Notes: generated by a model from the sequence alone, not told the origin. 64,000 bases of DNA from an uncultured Phycisphaerales bacterium (GCA_963758525.1 CAVWVQ010000002.1:96001-160000); one strand, 5' to 3'. Positions 31,390-41,394 are shown, numbered from the stretch's first letter. Translations and numbers: made by a program.

Positions 31390-32070
31390 TCAGCGATTTT
31401 TTTGCGGGGTGGGCTCCACGAGAATCTTCGCGGCGGCGGCCATTCCCAAGGAAACTTCCTCGCGGCGCGGGACGCGTATTTTGACCGCTTCGGCAGCACG
31501 TTCACGTTTGCCGACGGTGACGGTCGCGCCGGGCTTGAGCCCGTTGCGATCGATGAACTGGAGAAAGCCCGGCTCCTGGTCCAAAACGCGGGCGATCACC
31601 TGCGGCACATCCACGGGACAATCGGCAAGGCTCATGCGCCGCGGCTCGTGCAGATGACCCTTGGACGTTGGAATCGGATCGCCGTGCGGGTCTTCGGTCG
31701 GATGATCGAGCAGCGCGTCCATCCGTTCGAGCACGAGATCTGAAATGGCGTGTTCGAGCGCATCGGCCTCGTCGTGAACGACAGACCAGTCGAGTCCCAG
31801 AACCTTGACGAGGAACAATTCGACCAGCCGGTGGCGGCGCAGGACGTGCAGGGCCAATTGCTCGCCGCTGCGCGTCAACCGCGCGCCGCCGCGCGGCTCA
31901 TATTCGACCAGGCCGGAGTCGGAAAGCGCTTTGACCATCGAAGTTGCGGTGCCGGGAACGACCCGCATCGCCGACGCCAGGCGGCCCATCGAGACCATCG
32001 ACTCGCCGCCAGCAGCCCGCTGTTCCAGATAAAGCTGCTTCAGATAGTTCTCGACCGTGATGGTTGCCAC
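31390..32070 (-). CDS. mntR: DtxR/MntR-family metal-dependent repressor with C-terminal FeoA/SH3-like domain
   Basis: TVENYLKQLY, PGTATSMVK, RRHRLVELFL, HDEADALEH, DPHGDPIP; divergent from mntH. Confidence 0.88.
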   Translation of the reverse strand: MATITVENYLKQLYLEQRAAGGESMVSMGRLASAMRVVPGTATSMVKALSDSGLVEYEPRGGARLTRSGEQLALHVLRRHRLVELFLVKVLGLDWSVVHDEADALEHAISDLVLERMDALLDHPTEDPHGDPIPTSKGHLHEPRRMSLADCPVDVPQVIARVLDQEPGFLQFIDRNGLKPGATVTVGKRERAAEAVKIRVPRREEVSLGMAAAAKILVEPTPQKNR

Positions 32071-32118
32071 GCGCGACGTCCTTTTTTGTCATCTAAAACA
32101 TACGGACCAATCGGCCGA

Positions 32119-32165
32119 TTGACAAATAGCTTAGTGGTCAATATTATAGTTTTGACTCATCAAAA
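32119..32165 (+). promoter_or_regulatory. Sigma70 promoter of mntH with adjacent palindromic operator
   Basis: TTGACA(32119)-N17-TATTAT(32142); TTTTGA-CTCA-TCAAAA at 32150-32165; similar TTTTTGTCATCTAAAA at 32083-32098. Confidence 0.75.
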
Positions 32166-32204
32166 TGCGATAGTTGAGTATTCGAATGGAGCAGAAGGCA
32201 TAGC

Positions 32205-33632
32205 GTGGACAGCCGGACCGCTGAAACCCTGAATTACGCAAACGCGCCCGCCGCAGCGAGCCGCGGCGGGCATCTTTCGCTGGAGGGAATGCACGGCTCG
32301 GTGCAGACGCCCCACCAGAGCGCAGGCTTCTGGAAGCAATGGCGCGTCTATGTCGGGCCGGCGTTGCTGATCAGCATCGGTTACATGGACCCGGGCAACT
32401 GGGGCACCGACCTGTCGGGCGGCGCGTCGTTCAAGTACGACCTGCTCTGGGTGGTCGCCGTTGCCAGCCTGATGGCGATCTTCCTGCAGGTGCTCTCCGC
32501 CCGCCTGGGGGTTGTGACCGGCAGGGACCTGGCGCAGTGCTGCCGCGACTGGTATCCCAGATGGACGCGCTGGCCCAACTGGCTGCTCTGCGAACTGGCG
32601 ATCGGCGCGTGCGATCTGGCCGAAGTGCTCGGCAGCGCCGTCGCCATCAATCTGCTCACGCATAATCACATCACCATCTTCTGGGCCGTCGTCATCACCG
32701 CCGGAGACGTGCTGCTGCTGCTGGCGCTGCAGCGCTACGGCATGCGCGCGATCGAGTCGGTGGTCCTGGTACTGATTTCCACGATCGCGCTCTGCTACTT
32801 CATTGAACTTTTCGTCATTCCGCAAACCAGCCCCAGCTTCCTGGAGATGGGACATGCGCTGATCACCCCCGGCTTTCGGCATGCCGGGATGCTGTACGTG
32901 GCAATCGGGATCATCGGCGCGACGGTGATGCCGCACAATCTTTACCTGCACTCGGCGCTGGTGCAGAGCCGCAAGTTCCAGAAAGACGACGGGGCGATTC
33001 GCGTCGCCATCCGGTTCAATACCATCGACTCCAGCGTCGCCCTGACCATCGCGTTTTTTGTCAACGCCGCCATTCTCGTGCTCGCCGCCATGGTCTTCTA
33101 TGGCAAATCGAGCGTGACCGTCGCGGGCGGGCAGGTCGTCCCTTTCAATGATGACACGGACTGGATTCGCGTCGCATACCTGACGCTTGCCCCGCTGCTG
33201 GGCGTTGCCGCCGCCAGCCCGCTTTTCGCGATCGCGCTGCTGGCCAGCGGTCAGGCCAGCACCATTACCGGAACACTGGCCGGCCAGGTCGTGATGGAGG
33301 GCTTCATGCATTGGAAGCTCTCGCCATGGGTGCGCCGCATCATCACCCGCCTGCTGGCAATTATCCCCGCCATTCTCGTCATCGGCGTCCGAGGCGGCGG
33401 CAGCGTGAACGACCTGTTGAACTTGAGTCAGGTGGTCCTCGCCCTGCAGTTGCCATTGGCGATGTTCCCCCTGCTTCATTTCACCAGTTCAAGAAAGCGG
33501 ATGGGGCAATGGAAGAGCGGCTGGTTTCTTCTCATTGCCGGCTGGTCCAGCGCGATCCTGATCACCGCGCTGGACATCTACGGACTGCCCGACGCGTTCA
33601 AACAAGCGTGGCAGGTAATCCGCGGAGGATAA
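32205..33632 (+). CDS. mntH: Nramp family Mn2+/Fe2+ transporter
   Basis: GYMDPGNW, CDLAEVLG, GATVMPHNLYLHS, TGTLAGQVVMEGF, SQVVL. Confidence 0.95.
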   Translation: MDSRTAETLNYANAPAAASRGGHLSLEGMHGSVQTPHQSAGFWKQWRVYVGPALLISIGYMDPGNWGTDLSGGASFKYDLLWVVAVASLMAIFLQVLSARLGVVTGRDLAQCCRDWYPRWTRWPNWLLCELAIGACDLAEVLGSAVAINLLTHNHITIFWAVVITAGDVLLLLALQRYGMRAIESVVLVLISTIALCYFIELFVIPQTSPSFLEMGHALITPGFRHAGMLYVAIGIIGATVMPHNLYLHSALVQSRKFQKDDGAIRVAIRFNTIDSSVALTIAFFVNAAILVLAAMVFYGKSSVTVAGGQVVPFNDDTDWIRVAYLTLAPLLGVAAASPLFAIALLASGQASTITGTLAGQVVMEGFMHWKLSPWVRRIITRLLAIIPAILVIGVRGGGSVNDLLNLSQVVLALQLPLAMFPLLHFTSSRKRMGQWKSGWFLLIAGWSSAILITALDIYGLPDAFKQAWQVIRGG

Positions 33633-33676
33633 TCGCAAAGGGTCTGCCGCCCATCGATCCGCGGTGAGGGAATCGC

Positions 33677-34102
33677 ATGTACGATGTCATTCTAATCACT
33701 CTCGACACCACTCCGACGGATCGGGCGATTATCGAGCACGTCAAGGCCCTGGCGGCGAGCATGAACAGCCGTGTGGTGCTGCTGCACGTCGCTGACGGCT
33801 GGGCGGCGCGCACCTTTGGACCCGATGCGGTGAGCCCGGAGATTGCGGAAGACACCGCTTATCTCAATAAAGTCCAAATGGATTTTGAATCGGTCGGGAT
33901 TGCGACGGACGCCGTACTTGCATACGGCGATCCAGTGAGGGAAATCGTGCGATGCGTGCACGAGAAAAAGTGCGATCTGCTTGCCATGGGCACGCACGGA
34001 CATCGTCTGATGGCCGATCTCTTTTTCGGCGTGACCGCCAGCCGGGTGCAGCACAGCATCGACGTTCCGGTGCTCTTAATCAGGGCCAGGCGGCCTGCCT
34101 GA
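33677..34102 (+). CDS. Universal stress protein
   Basis: VLLHVAD, GDP, DLLAMGTHGH..G..A..V.H...PVLL. Confidence 0.9.
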   Translation: MYDVILITLDTTPTDRAIIEHVKALAASMNSRVVLLHVADGWAARTFGPDAVSPEIAEDTAYLNKVQMDFESVGIATDAVLAYGDPVREIVRCVHEKKCDLLAMGTHGHRLMADLFFGVTASRVQHSIDVPVLLIRARRPA

Positions 34103-34106
34103 TCAG

Positions 34107-35024
34107 GTGAAACTGATGAGTTTCCCGCGGATGAAGATGGGGATCGCAATCATGCTCTGGAGCGCATCGGCGGCTGTCGCCAACGATCCGGCTGCCACCA
34201 GCCCCGCAGCGACCGGGCCCGAGGATAAGCGGCAATGCACGCTGTTCAACCCTGCGCCGTCAGATCAGTTGCGCGACATCGATACCGATCGTCCCGACAA
34301 GACAAATTCGCCCCACACGATCGACGCGGGCCATCTGCAGATCGAGTTCGGCCTGTTTGATTACCTCTACAATCGCGATCGCTATCACGGGGCCAACGCG
34401 CGAACCGACGCGCTCGGGCTGGCGCAGTTTAACATTCGCCTCGGCGTCCTGAACAACGTCGAGCTGAACGCGATCCTCAACCCGTATCAGTTCGAGCGCA
34501 ACACCGACAACACCGCCCGCCAGAGTTCACGTCAGACCACGTTGGGCGACACCATCATCGGCGGAAAGTTCAACTTCTGGGGCGACGATTCGGCCGACAA
34601 AGTCTGGGACACTGCGTTTGGAATTCAGCCGCAGTTCAAAATCGCTACGGCTCGCGACCCGAGCGGGAATGGCCATCCGGAACTGGTCGTCAACGTGCCC
34701 CTCGCGATCAACTTCCCGGCGGATTTTGTGCTGACCGTGCAAACCGCATCCGGCTGGGAGCGCAACAGCACCAACACCGGCTACGTCGCGAGCTGGGAAA
34801 ACTCCGCATCTCTCGATCACACGATCTTCGGAAAGCTCGACGGTTATCTCGAATACTGGTCAGCCGTCACGACGGAACGACACCAGGAAGCGGAGCAAAC
34901 TCTCGACTTCGGCGGGCTCTACACCCTCACCGACAGCCTGGTATTGGATATGGGGGTCAGCCTGGGCCTCAACCACGCGTCACCGTCCGTTGAGTGGACC
35001 GCGGGCGCGACCGTGCGGTTCTGA
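34107..35024 (+). CDS. Putative outer-membrane beta-barrel protein (TDRP-motif transporter family)
   Basis: Signal peptide, TDRPDKTNSPHTIDAGHLQIE, LGDTIIGGKFNFWG, C-terminal TVRF. Confidence 0.75.
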   Translation: MKLMSFPRMKMGIAIMLWSASAAVANDPAATSPAATGPEDKRQCTLFNPAPSDQLRDIDTDRPDKTNSPHTIDAGHLQIEFGLFDYLYNRDRYHGANARTDALGLAQFNIRLGVLNNVELNAILNPYQFERNTDNTARQSSRQTTLGDTIIGGKFNFWGDDSADKVWDTAFGIQPQFKIATARDPSGNGHPELVVNVPLAINFPADFVLTVQTASGWERNSTNTGYVASWENSASLDHTIFGKLDGYLEYWSAVTTERHQEAEQTLDFGGLYTLTDSLVLDMGVSLGLNHASPSVEWTAGATVRF

Positions 35025-35033
35025 GGGATCAAA

Positions 35034-35178
35034 TCAGGGTTCAGGGTTCAGGGTTCAGGGTTCAGGAAAATGCGGTGCGATCACTCGCGTCTCTAAGCGT
35101 TGCGGCGCATCATCCAGGCGATACCGCTCCTACCCCCTCCCTGAACCCTGAACCCTGAACCCTGACACCCTGAACCCT
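35034..35178. repeat. Heptamer tandem repeats in inverted arrangement (TCAGGGT / ACCCTGA)
   Basis: About 4.5 copies on each side of a roughly 70-bp spacer, between convergent genes. Confidence 0.88.
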
Positions 35179-35186
35179 CACCGAGC

Positions 35187-36031
35187 TCACTTCGGAAAAT
35201 CCGCCCCGAGCGTCACGTCCCTCCACTCCGCAAAATCCTTCCGCATCGACTCGATTTTCTGTTGTGCGGTTTCAAACGCCATCGCCCCCAGAAGCAGCCG
35301 CAAGGGCGGGTTGGGCGACTCGACGGCCTTGAACATCGCCTCGGCGGCGCGAACTGGATCGCCGGGCTGCTTTCCGGAGTAGTCGGATGTCTGACGCCGG
35401 CGCGCGCCGGCGGTTTGAGCGTAGTCCGAGATCTCATGTTTCGTCATCTTCAGCGATCGCCCCGCCCAGTCCGTCCGGAAGGGCCCGGGCTCGACGATTA
35501 ACACCTTGATGCCCAGCGGCTCCAATTCCTTGCTCATCGCCTCGGACAAACCCTCGACCGCGAATTTCGTCGCGTTGTAGTAGCCGACCCCGGGGAACCC
35601 GACGAGGCCGCCGATCGATGAGATGTTGAGAATATGTCCGCGCCGCTGGCGGCGCATTACGGGGAGCACGGCCTTGGTCATCTCGACCAGGCCGAACACA
35701 TTTGTTTCGAAAATGGCGCGGACCTCGGCATCCTCCCCCTCTTCGATCGCGGCGAAATAGCCGTACCCGGCATTGTTCACCAGCACGTCAATCCGCCCGA
35801 ACTTCGCCTCGGCGTTCTTCACGCTCCCGGCCACCTCCTGCGGTTTGGTCACGTCCAGCGCAACCGCCAGGGCGCGGTCTTCATGACCAGCCACCAAGTC
35901 GGCCAGCTTCGATGGATCCGCGCGGTGGCAACGATGCGCAGCCCCCGGTCGAGCGCGGTCCGTGCGAGCTCTCTGCCGAAGCCCGTTGAACAGCCCGTGA
36001 TAAACCACACCGGCGAGTAATCTCGTGACAT
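35187..36031 (-). CDS. Short-chain dehydrogenase/reductase (frameshift near 35915)
   Basis: WFITGCSTGFG, LDVT, NNAG, YNATK, EPGPFRT. Confidence 0.9.
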
Positions 36032-36201
36032 CGGTTGCTCCGTTGGTTGAAATTCGCATCCTACCGACCATCGCGCAAGCGGTGAACGCGCGGAATTTCC
36101 TGCGGCTTGCAATCGAACCATCCCCAGCGATAGTTGTGAATGCCGGTGACGCCTCTCTCGCTCCATCGCGTGAGCCAGGCCAATCACCGTCGGACCAGGG
36201 A

Positions 36202-37584
36202 ATGACCAGCGCGTCAACGAGTCCTATGCCGCCACATCTTCCTCTGATCCGGCGCACAATCCCGCACGTCTCCCACCCGCGGCAACAGTTGCTTTTCATT
36301 TCCGTTCTCGGGCTGACCTGTCTCTTCGGCTATCTGCTGATCTACCACCTGCATCACCAGGGCGCACAAAATGGTCATCGAGGCGACTTCCCGACCTTCT
36401 ATATGGCCGCGCAGCTCGCACGTGCTCATCAGGATATGTATCTGGCCAATCAGCATGGCAAGCAGCCGTATATTTACCCGCCGCTGATCGCCGTGCTCTA
36501 CATTCCACTCACTTATTTGCCGCTGCCGGTCGCGGCCCGGGTGATGCTCTTGCTTACCGCGGCGATGCTGCTTTCCAGCCTTTTGCTGAGCGCCAAAGAA
36601 ATGCTCTCCCGGCTCGCCGGAGGCTCAAGCGCCGCTGTCGTCGCACTGGTCGCGTTGATCGTGGCGGGGTTGAACGAAGACCAGCTCCGCGCGGTCTTCA
36701 CCATGCTGGAAACGGATGCGCTGATGCTGCTGCTGTTCACCCTCGCGCTGCGATGGCTCGATCGCGCGCCGATCCGCGCCGGTGTCGCACTGGCGCTCGC
36801 TTTCAACATCAAATACCTGAGCGTCGTCATGCTGCCGTACCTGTTGGTCCGCCGCCGCTGGCGCGCGTCCGCAACCATGATTGCCGGGAGCGTGGCGTTT
36901 GCTCTATTGCCCGCGCTCTATCTGGGTTGGCACGAGGACCTGCGCTGCCTGCGCGTCTCCACCGCAGGGTTGCTCGGCTGGATTGGCGGCGCGCCGCCGT
37001 CCGTCCACGCGGTCACTGTTTTCAAGATCACCGACGCGCTGAGCTTCTCCCTCACCAGCGGCGTTGCCCGCGTTCTGGCCGCGCATCACTTCTCGGGCGC
37101 CGAGTCCGCATTGGTCATCGGCTTCATCGCTCTTGCCTCCCTGGCGATCGCGAACATGATCTACCGTTCCGAGGGATTTTCACTTTGGCAAAGCCCGCCG
37201 GCGCAAGCCCAGGCGCGGCCCCCCTATCGCGCGCTAACGGGCATCGAATGGACCATGCTGATCGCCGCCACGTTGAGCTTCAGTCCCCAGACCAATGCGC
37301 GCCATTTGATTCTCAGCGTTCTGGTGAACACGCCGATCGTCGTGCTGCTGCTGCAGCCGTGCGGCTGGCGCAACCGCCGGCTGCTGCTCGCGGCGGCATT
37401 GATCATCTTCTTCAGCTTCGTGCTTCCCACCCGCGCTTTGACGAATCTGAGCGATCACTGCGGACTCCCCGGCGCCGGCCTGCTCATCGGCAGCCTTCTC
37501 TTTCTGGCGGCCGGCCTTCGCTTCGTGCGCATGCGCTCGCAAGTTCCTCCAGTTTCATCAGCGTGCGGCACGGTTGCGGCTTAA
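36202..37584 (+). CDS. GT87/DUF2029-like membrane glycosyltransferase
   Basis: GDFPTFY.AA, YIYPPLIAVLYIPL, NIKY motif, multiple TMs; start approximate. Confidence 0.75.
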   Translation: MTSASTSPMPPHLPLIRRTIPHVSHPRQQLLFISVLGLTCLFGYLLIYHLHHQGAQNGHRGDFPTFYMAAQLARAHQDMYLANQHGKQPYIYPPLIAVLYIPLTYLPLPVAARVMLLLTAAMLLSSLLLSAKEMLSRLAGGSSAAVVALVALIVAGLNEDQLRAVFTMLETDALMLLLFTLALRWLDRAPIRAGVALALAFNIKYLSVVMLPYLLVRRRWRASATMIAGSVAFALLPALYLGWHEDLRCLRVSTAGLLGWIGGAPPSVHAVTVFKITDALSFSLTSGVARVLAAHHFSGAESALVIGFIALASLAIANMIYRSEGFSLWQSPPAQAQARPPYRALTGIEWTMLIAATLSFSPQTNARHLILSVLVNTPIVVLLLQPCGWRNRRLLLAAALIIFFSFVLPTRALTNLSDHCGLPGAGLLIGSLLFLAAGLRFVRMRSQVPPVSSACGTVAA

Positions 37585-37745
37585 AGTGCCGTTTCAGAAC
37601 CTGTTTAGCCGCGCCGCGAAGCGAAGCGCGTCCAATAGCGCGTCATTGACGGATCGCGTCAACCTCGCAGAAATCGCCGCCGCCCGCGCTGCGCGGCACG
37701 GGCAAACAGATGACGAAGCGTGCGACAGGTTGCGAAACTGGTTCT
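37584..37745. mobile_element. MITE-like palindromic element, family 2, copy 2 (degenerate right arm)
   Basis: CGTTTCAGAACCTGTTTAGCCGCGCCGCG.AGCGAAGCGCGTCCAA nearly identical to 31196-31240; ends GGTTGCGAAACTGGTTCT. Confidence 0.65.
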
Positions 37746-37893
37746 CGGGCCAACGGGATGCATCGAGTGCGCACCGATTATCAACAGCCCCTGACTTTGT
37801 ACTATGTCCTCGAACGCACTGCGGATACCCTCTTGCAGCTGACTCAGCCGCTGTGCGGCGTGGTAATTGTACTGACGGCTTCACGGCGTCACG

Positions 37894-38061
37894 ATGGAAA
37901 TTGAAGCATTTGTATTCGTGGTGCTCGTCGTCGCGGCCGCGGTGATCGCGGTCGTCGCCGCGGGCACCAGGTCGACGAAACAGCAGCGGCTTTGCCCGGG
38001 TTGCGGCGCGCCGCACCCGGCCATCGCGCGTTTTTGCCGGCGCTGTGGGAAGACCCTTTGA
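37894..38061 (+). CDS. Small TM + zinc-ribbon protein (55 aa)
   Basis: Translated by hand: MEIEAFVFVVLVVAAAVIAVVAAGTRSTKQQRLCPGCGAPHPAIARFCRRCGKTL; missing from the ORF track. Confidence 0.8.
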   Translation: MEIEAFVFVVLVVAAAVIAVVAAGTRSTKQQRLCPGCGAPHPAIARFCRRCGKTL

Positions 38062-38083
38062 TGCGCTACTCAGGGAGATGATG

Positions 38084-39724
38084 ATGGAATTGCATATGCC
38101 CAAGCCCCCCGCCGACGGGTCTGCCTCGCACCCTGGACGCTTTGCGCCGCCGGGACTGCTGCGGGTTGCGGTTCTCGCGCTGGTCTCATTTCTGGTCATT
38201 TATGCCGCGTATTTCTGGTTGATTCGGCGGGTGGTCGTGGGGCCCAATGAAGTGATGATTCTCATCAAGAAAGACGGCAGCCGGAGCTTGAGCGGAGATC
38301 AGGTCATCGTCCCGCGCGCACCCGACCAGCAGCAGGATGCCGCCGCCTATGAGGCGTGGGAGAAGGACTACGGCGACTGCAACGGCATCCTCGAACAGGT
38401 TTACCTGCCGGGGACGTATTTTGCCTTCAGCCCTGTCGATTACGAGCGGATCATCCAGCCGATCGGGAGCGCCGACGTTCCCGGCAATCAGGTCGGGGTG
38501 GTCGTGCGAAAGTTCGGCGCGCCGTTGAAGCCCGGTCAGGTGATGGCCGAGGAATCCAGCGGGCAGCGCGGGCCGCTGTCGACGCTGCTGTCGCCGGGAA
38601 AGTATTACCAATATGCCAACTCGTTTGCCTATGACATCAAGCTTGTCGATCCCGTCCAGATCAATCCGGGAAATCGCGGCGTCGTCACGCTGATGGCGGG
38701 GCAACCACCCAAGCATCCCGACGAGATGCTCGTTGCCGCGGGCGAGCGCGGAGTGCAGGCGGTGACCGAGCCGGAGGGGTTTGTCTACGCCAATCCGTTT
38801 CAGAAGCGGATCAAGCCGATCACCGTCCAATCGCAACGATTTGAAATGAGTCAGAAAGAGGGGGAAATCCGTTTTCCCTCGTCTGACAGCTTCGATATCA
38901 AGCTCGATGGCTTTGTGGAATGGTCGGTCGACCCGCAGCGGCTCCCTCTCACGTACGTGCAATATTCGGAGGGGGGCGGGCTCGTCGAATTCCTCGAAGC
39001 GAAGGTGATCCTTCCGTACGCGCGCAGCTTCTGCCGGCTCGTGGGAAGCCAGTACAAGGCCCGCGATTTCATCAGCGGCGACACCAAGCTGAAGTTTCAG
39101 CAGGAATTCGAATCGCGTCTGCGCGACGCGTGCGCGAAGCAGGGAATCATCGTGCTGCAGGCGCTGGTGCGCGACATCGTCCCGCCCGAAGAGATCAAGA
39201 GCCTGATCAACGAGCGAGAGATCGCCAAGGAGCAGATCAAGTCACTTGAGCAGCAGATCGAGGTGGCCAAAAGTCAGGCGGATCTGGTGACGCAGACCGA
39301 GACGGGAAACCAGAATCAGGAGATCGGAAACGCGAACACGGCGGTGGTCACGATCAACATGAAAGCCGAGCAGGAGCGTGACGTGGCCGTGACGCAGGCG
39401 CAGCAGGAATTGGCGGTGATGAAGCTGCACCTGGAGGCCTCGCAGAAAGAGGCCGACGCGTTGACCGCGCGCGGGCAGGCGGAGGCGTCGGTCATTCTGC
39501 TGCAGCGCCAGGCCGAGGCCGAGCCGCTCCGGCAGCAGGTCGCGGCCTTTGGCGACGGACAGGCGTTTGCCCAATACTTTTTCTATCAGAAGGTTGCCCC
39601 GTCGATCAAAACGATTCTCACCAGCACCGACGGCCCGTTTGCGGACATTTTCAAACAATTCAACACGTCATCCGGCGCTCGTGACAAGGTGAGCGGTGCA
39701 AAGGTGACCGGGGTGCAGCCATGA
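38084..39724 (+). CDS. Large SPFH/band-7 domain protein A
   Basis: TM anchor, three beta-rich repeats, FPSSDSFDIKLDGFVEW SPFH core, AE/Q-rich coiled coil; start approximate. Confidence 0.82.
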   Translation: MELHMPKPPADGSASHPGRFAPPGLLRVAVLALVSFLVIYAAYFWLIRRVVVGPNEVMILIKKDGSRSLSGDQVIVPRAPDQQQDAAAYEAWEKDYGDCNGILEQVYLPGTYFAFSPVDYERIIQPIGSADVPGNQVGVVVRKFGAPLKPGQVMAEESSGQRGPLSTLLSPGKYYQYANSFAYDIKLVDPVQINPGNRGVVTLMAGQPPKHPDEMLVAAGERGVQAVTEPEGFVYANPFQKRIKPITVQSQRFEMSQKEGEIRFPSSDSFDIKLDGFVEWSVDPQRLPLTYVQYSEGGGLVEFLEAKVILPYARSFCRLVGSQYKARDFISGDTKLKFQQEFESRLRDACAKQGIIVLQALVRDIVPPEEIKSLINEREIAKEQIKSLEQQIEVAKSQADLVTQTETGNQNQEIGNANTAVVTINMKAEQERDVAVTQAQQELAVMKLHLEASQKEADALTARGQAEASVILLQRQAEAEPLRQQVAAFGDGQAFAQYFFYQKVAPSIKTILTSTDGPFADIFKQFNTSSGARDKVSGAKVTGVQP

Positions 39725-41394
39725 AATCAATCTCAAATCTCATTCGCGCGGGAATCGTCTGCCTCGTCGCCCTCTGTCTTCTGTGGGAAGGGGTGAAATC
39801 GGGCGCGATGCGCGTGTATGTTCCGGAGGACAAGGCGCTGGTGGTCGTCAACAAATTCGGCGACGCGCTGCCGGGCGATCTGCTGCTGGTTCCCAAGGAC
39901 GACAATCATTACAAGGGCGTCGAGGAAGAGGTGCGCGGGCCGGGACGATATTTCCTGGATCCGGTGGAATACAACACCGAGCTTGTCGATCTTGTGAAAA
40001 TTCCCCCCGGGGATCCGGAGAAGTGGGACTGGGACGAGGCCGGCCATCTCAAGGATCCTGCCACCGCGCCGATGATCGGCCTGGTGACAATGAAGCAGGG
40101 GAAGACTTCGCCGGCCGGCCAGGAGGTCGTCGCGGCCGGATACAAGGGCATTCAGGAGGAGGTCCTCACGCCGGGAACTTACAAAATCAATCCGTATCTC
40201 GAGGAGGTAACGCTGCTGCCGGCGGCGGTCGTGCCGCCAGGATCGGTAGGCGTCGTGACGCGATTGATCGGCAGTTCGAGCGAGAACGTGGTCAGCGCGC
40301 CGATCGCGCCGGCGACAGCTCCAACGACCGCACCGTCGACACAACCAATCACCCCGCCGAGCCGGATCGTCACGGGCGAGCAACAGCGCGGAATCCTTCG
40401 CGACGTGCTGCAGCCCGGCATCTACTACATCAATCCGCGAATGATGAATGTGACCATCGTTCCCATCGGCTACGACGAGATTTCCCTCGATCATAATTTT
40501 GGGACTGCCGTCCACTTTTACACCCACGATGGCTACGAAGTGCAGGCGGACTTCACGGTCGTATGGGGAAGATCCGCAGCCGACGCGCCGGATATCATCG
40601 CCACCATCGGCGACACCGAGCAGATCGAGATGAATCTCATCGCCCCCGCGATGAAGGCCGCCTGTCAGAACGAGGGATCGAAATACACTGCGATGGAGCT
40701 GATCCAGGGGCTCACGCGATCGCAGTTTCAGGACGATCTGTCCGATGCGCTGGAAAAACAGGTCACGCCCCGTCACGTCTCGATCCTGCTGGCGCTGGTG
40801 CGCGAAATCAACATCAAGGACAACAGCACCGGCGACCAGAGCTCCGGCCTGCTCGCGACGATTCAGCGGGCGAATATCGAAACCGAAAGGCAGATTACCA
40901 ACGAGCAGAAAACCGCCACCGCATCCACCGAAGCCGAATTGCAGCAGGCATTGAAGCTCGTGGACGTGGCCCGCGAAACGGTGGCGGCCAATACCAAGGT
41001 GAAAGTCGCCAACATCATGGCCGACGGGCGCAAGGCTGCCGCGGAAATTGACGCCCAGCGCGACTTGCAAACCGCGGCAATCCAGTTGTCGGTCGCGCAG
41101 CTCGACGCCCAGCGCACTACGATTCTCGGCAAGGCGAACGCGGATGTCGCCCGGATGAAAAACGAGGCCGATGCCAAGGGCGCGTCCCTGATGGTGCAGG
41201 CGCTGGGAACGCCGCAGGCGTATAACCAGTACATCTTCGCGAAGAATTTCGCGCCCACTGACTTGCGTCTGATCTTCGCAGGCCCGGGCACATTCTGGAC
41301 AGACTTGAAGAGCTTCCAGGAAGTCGGCGCGGGAAAGCTGATTCAGCAGGCAACGCAGCCCGATCCTCCGGCTGCGGATCCCTCCGCAAAATAG
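39721..41394 (+). CDS. Large SPFH/band-7 domain protein B
   Basis: ATGA overlap with the upstream gene; three G..E.VL.PG.Y..NP repeats, THDGYEVQADFTVVW core, Ala-rich coiled coil. Confidence 0.82.
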   Translation: MKSISNLIRAGIVCLVALCLLWEGVKSGAMRVYVPEDKALVVVNKFGDALPGDLLLVPKDDNHYKGVEEEVRGPGRYFLDPVEYNTELVDLVKIPPGDPEKWDWDEAGHLKDPATAPMIGLVTMKQGKTSPAGQEVVAAGYKGIQEEVLTPGTYKINPYLEEVTLLPAAVVPPGSVGVVTRLIGSSSENVVSAPIAPATAPTTAPSTQPITPPSRIVTGEQQRGILRDVLQPGIYYINPRMMNVTIVPIGYDEISLDHNFGTAVHFYTHDGYEVQADFTVVWGRSAADAPDIIATIGDTEQIEMNLIAPAMKAACQNEGSKYTAMELIQGLTRSQFQDDLSDALEKQVTPRHVSILLALVREINIKDNSTGDQSSGLLATIQRANIETERQITNEQKTATASTEAELQQALKLVDVARETVAANTKVKVANIMADGRKAAAEIDAQRDLQTAAIQLSVAQLDAQRTTILGKANADVARMKNEADAKGASLMVQALGTPQAYNQYIFAKNFAPTDLRLIFAGPGTFWTDLKSFQEVGAGKLIQQATQPDPPAADPSAK

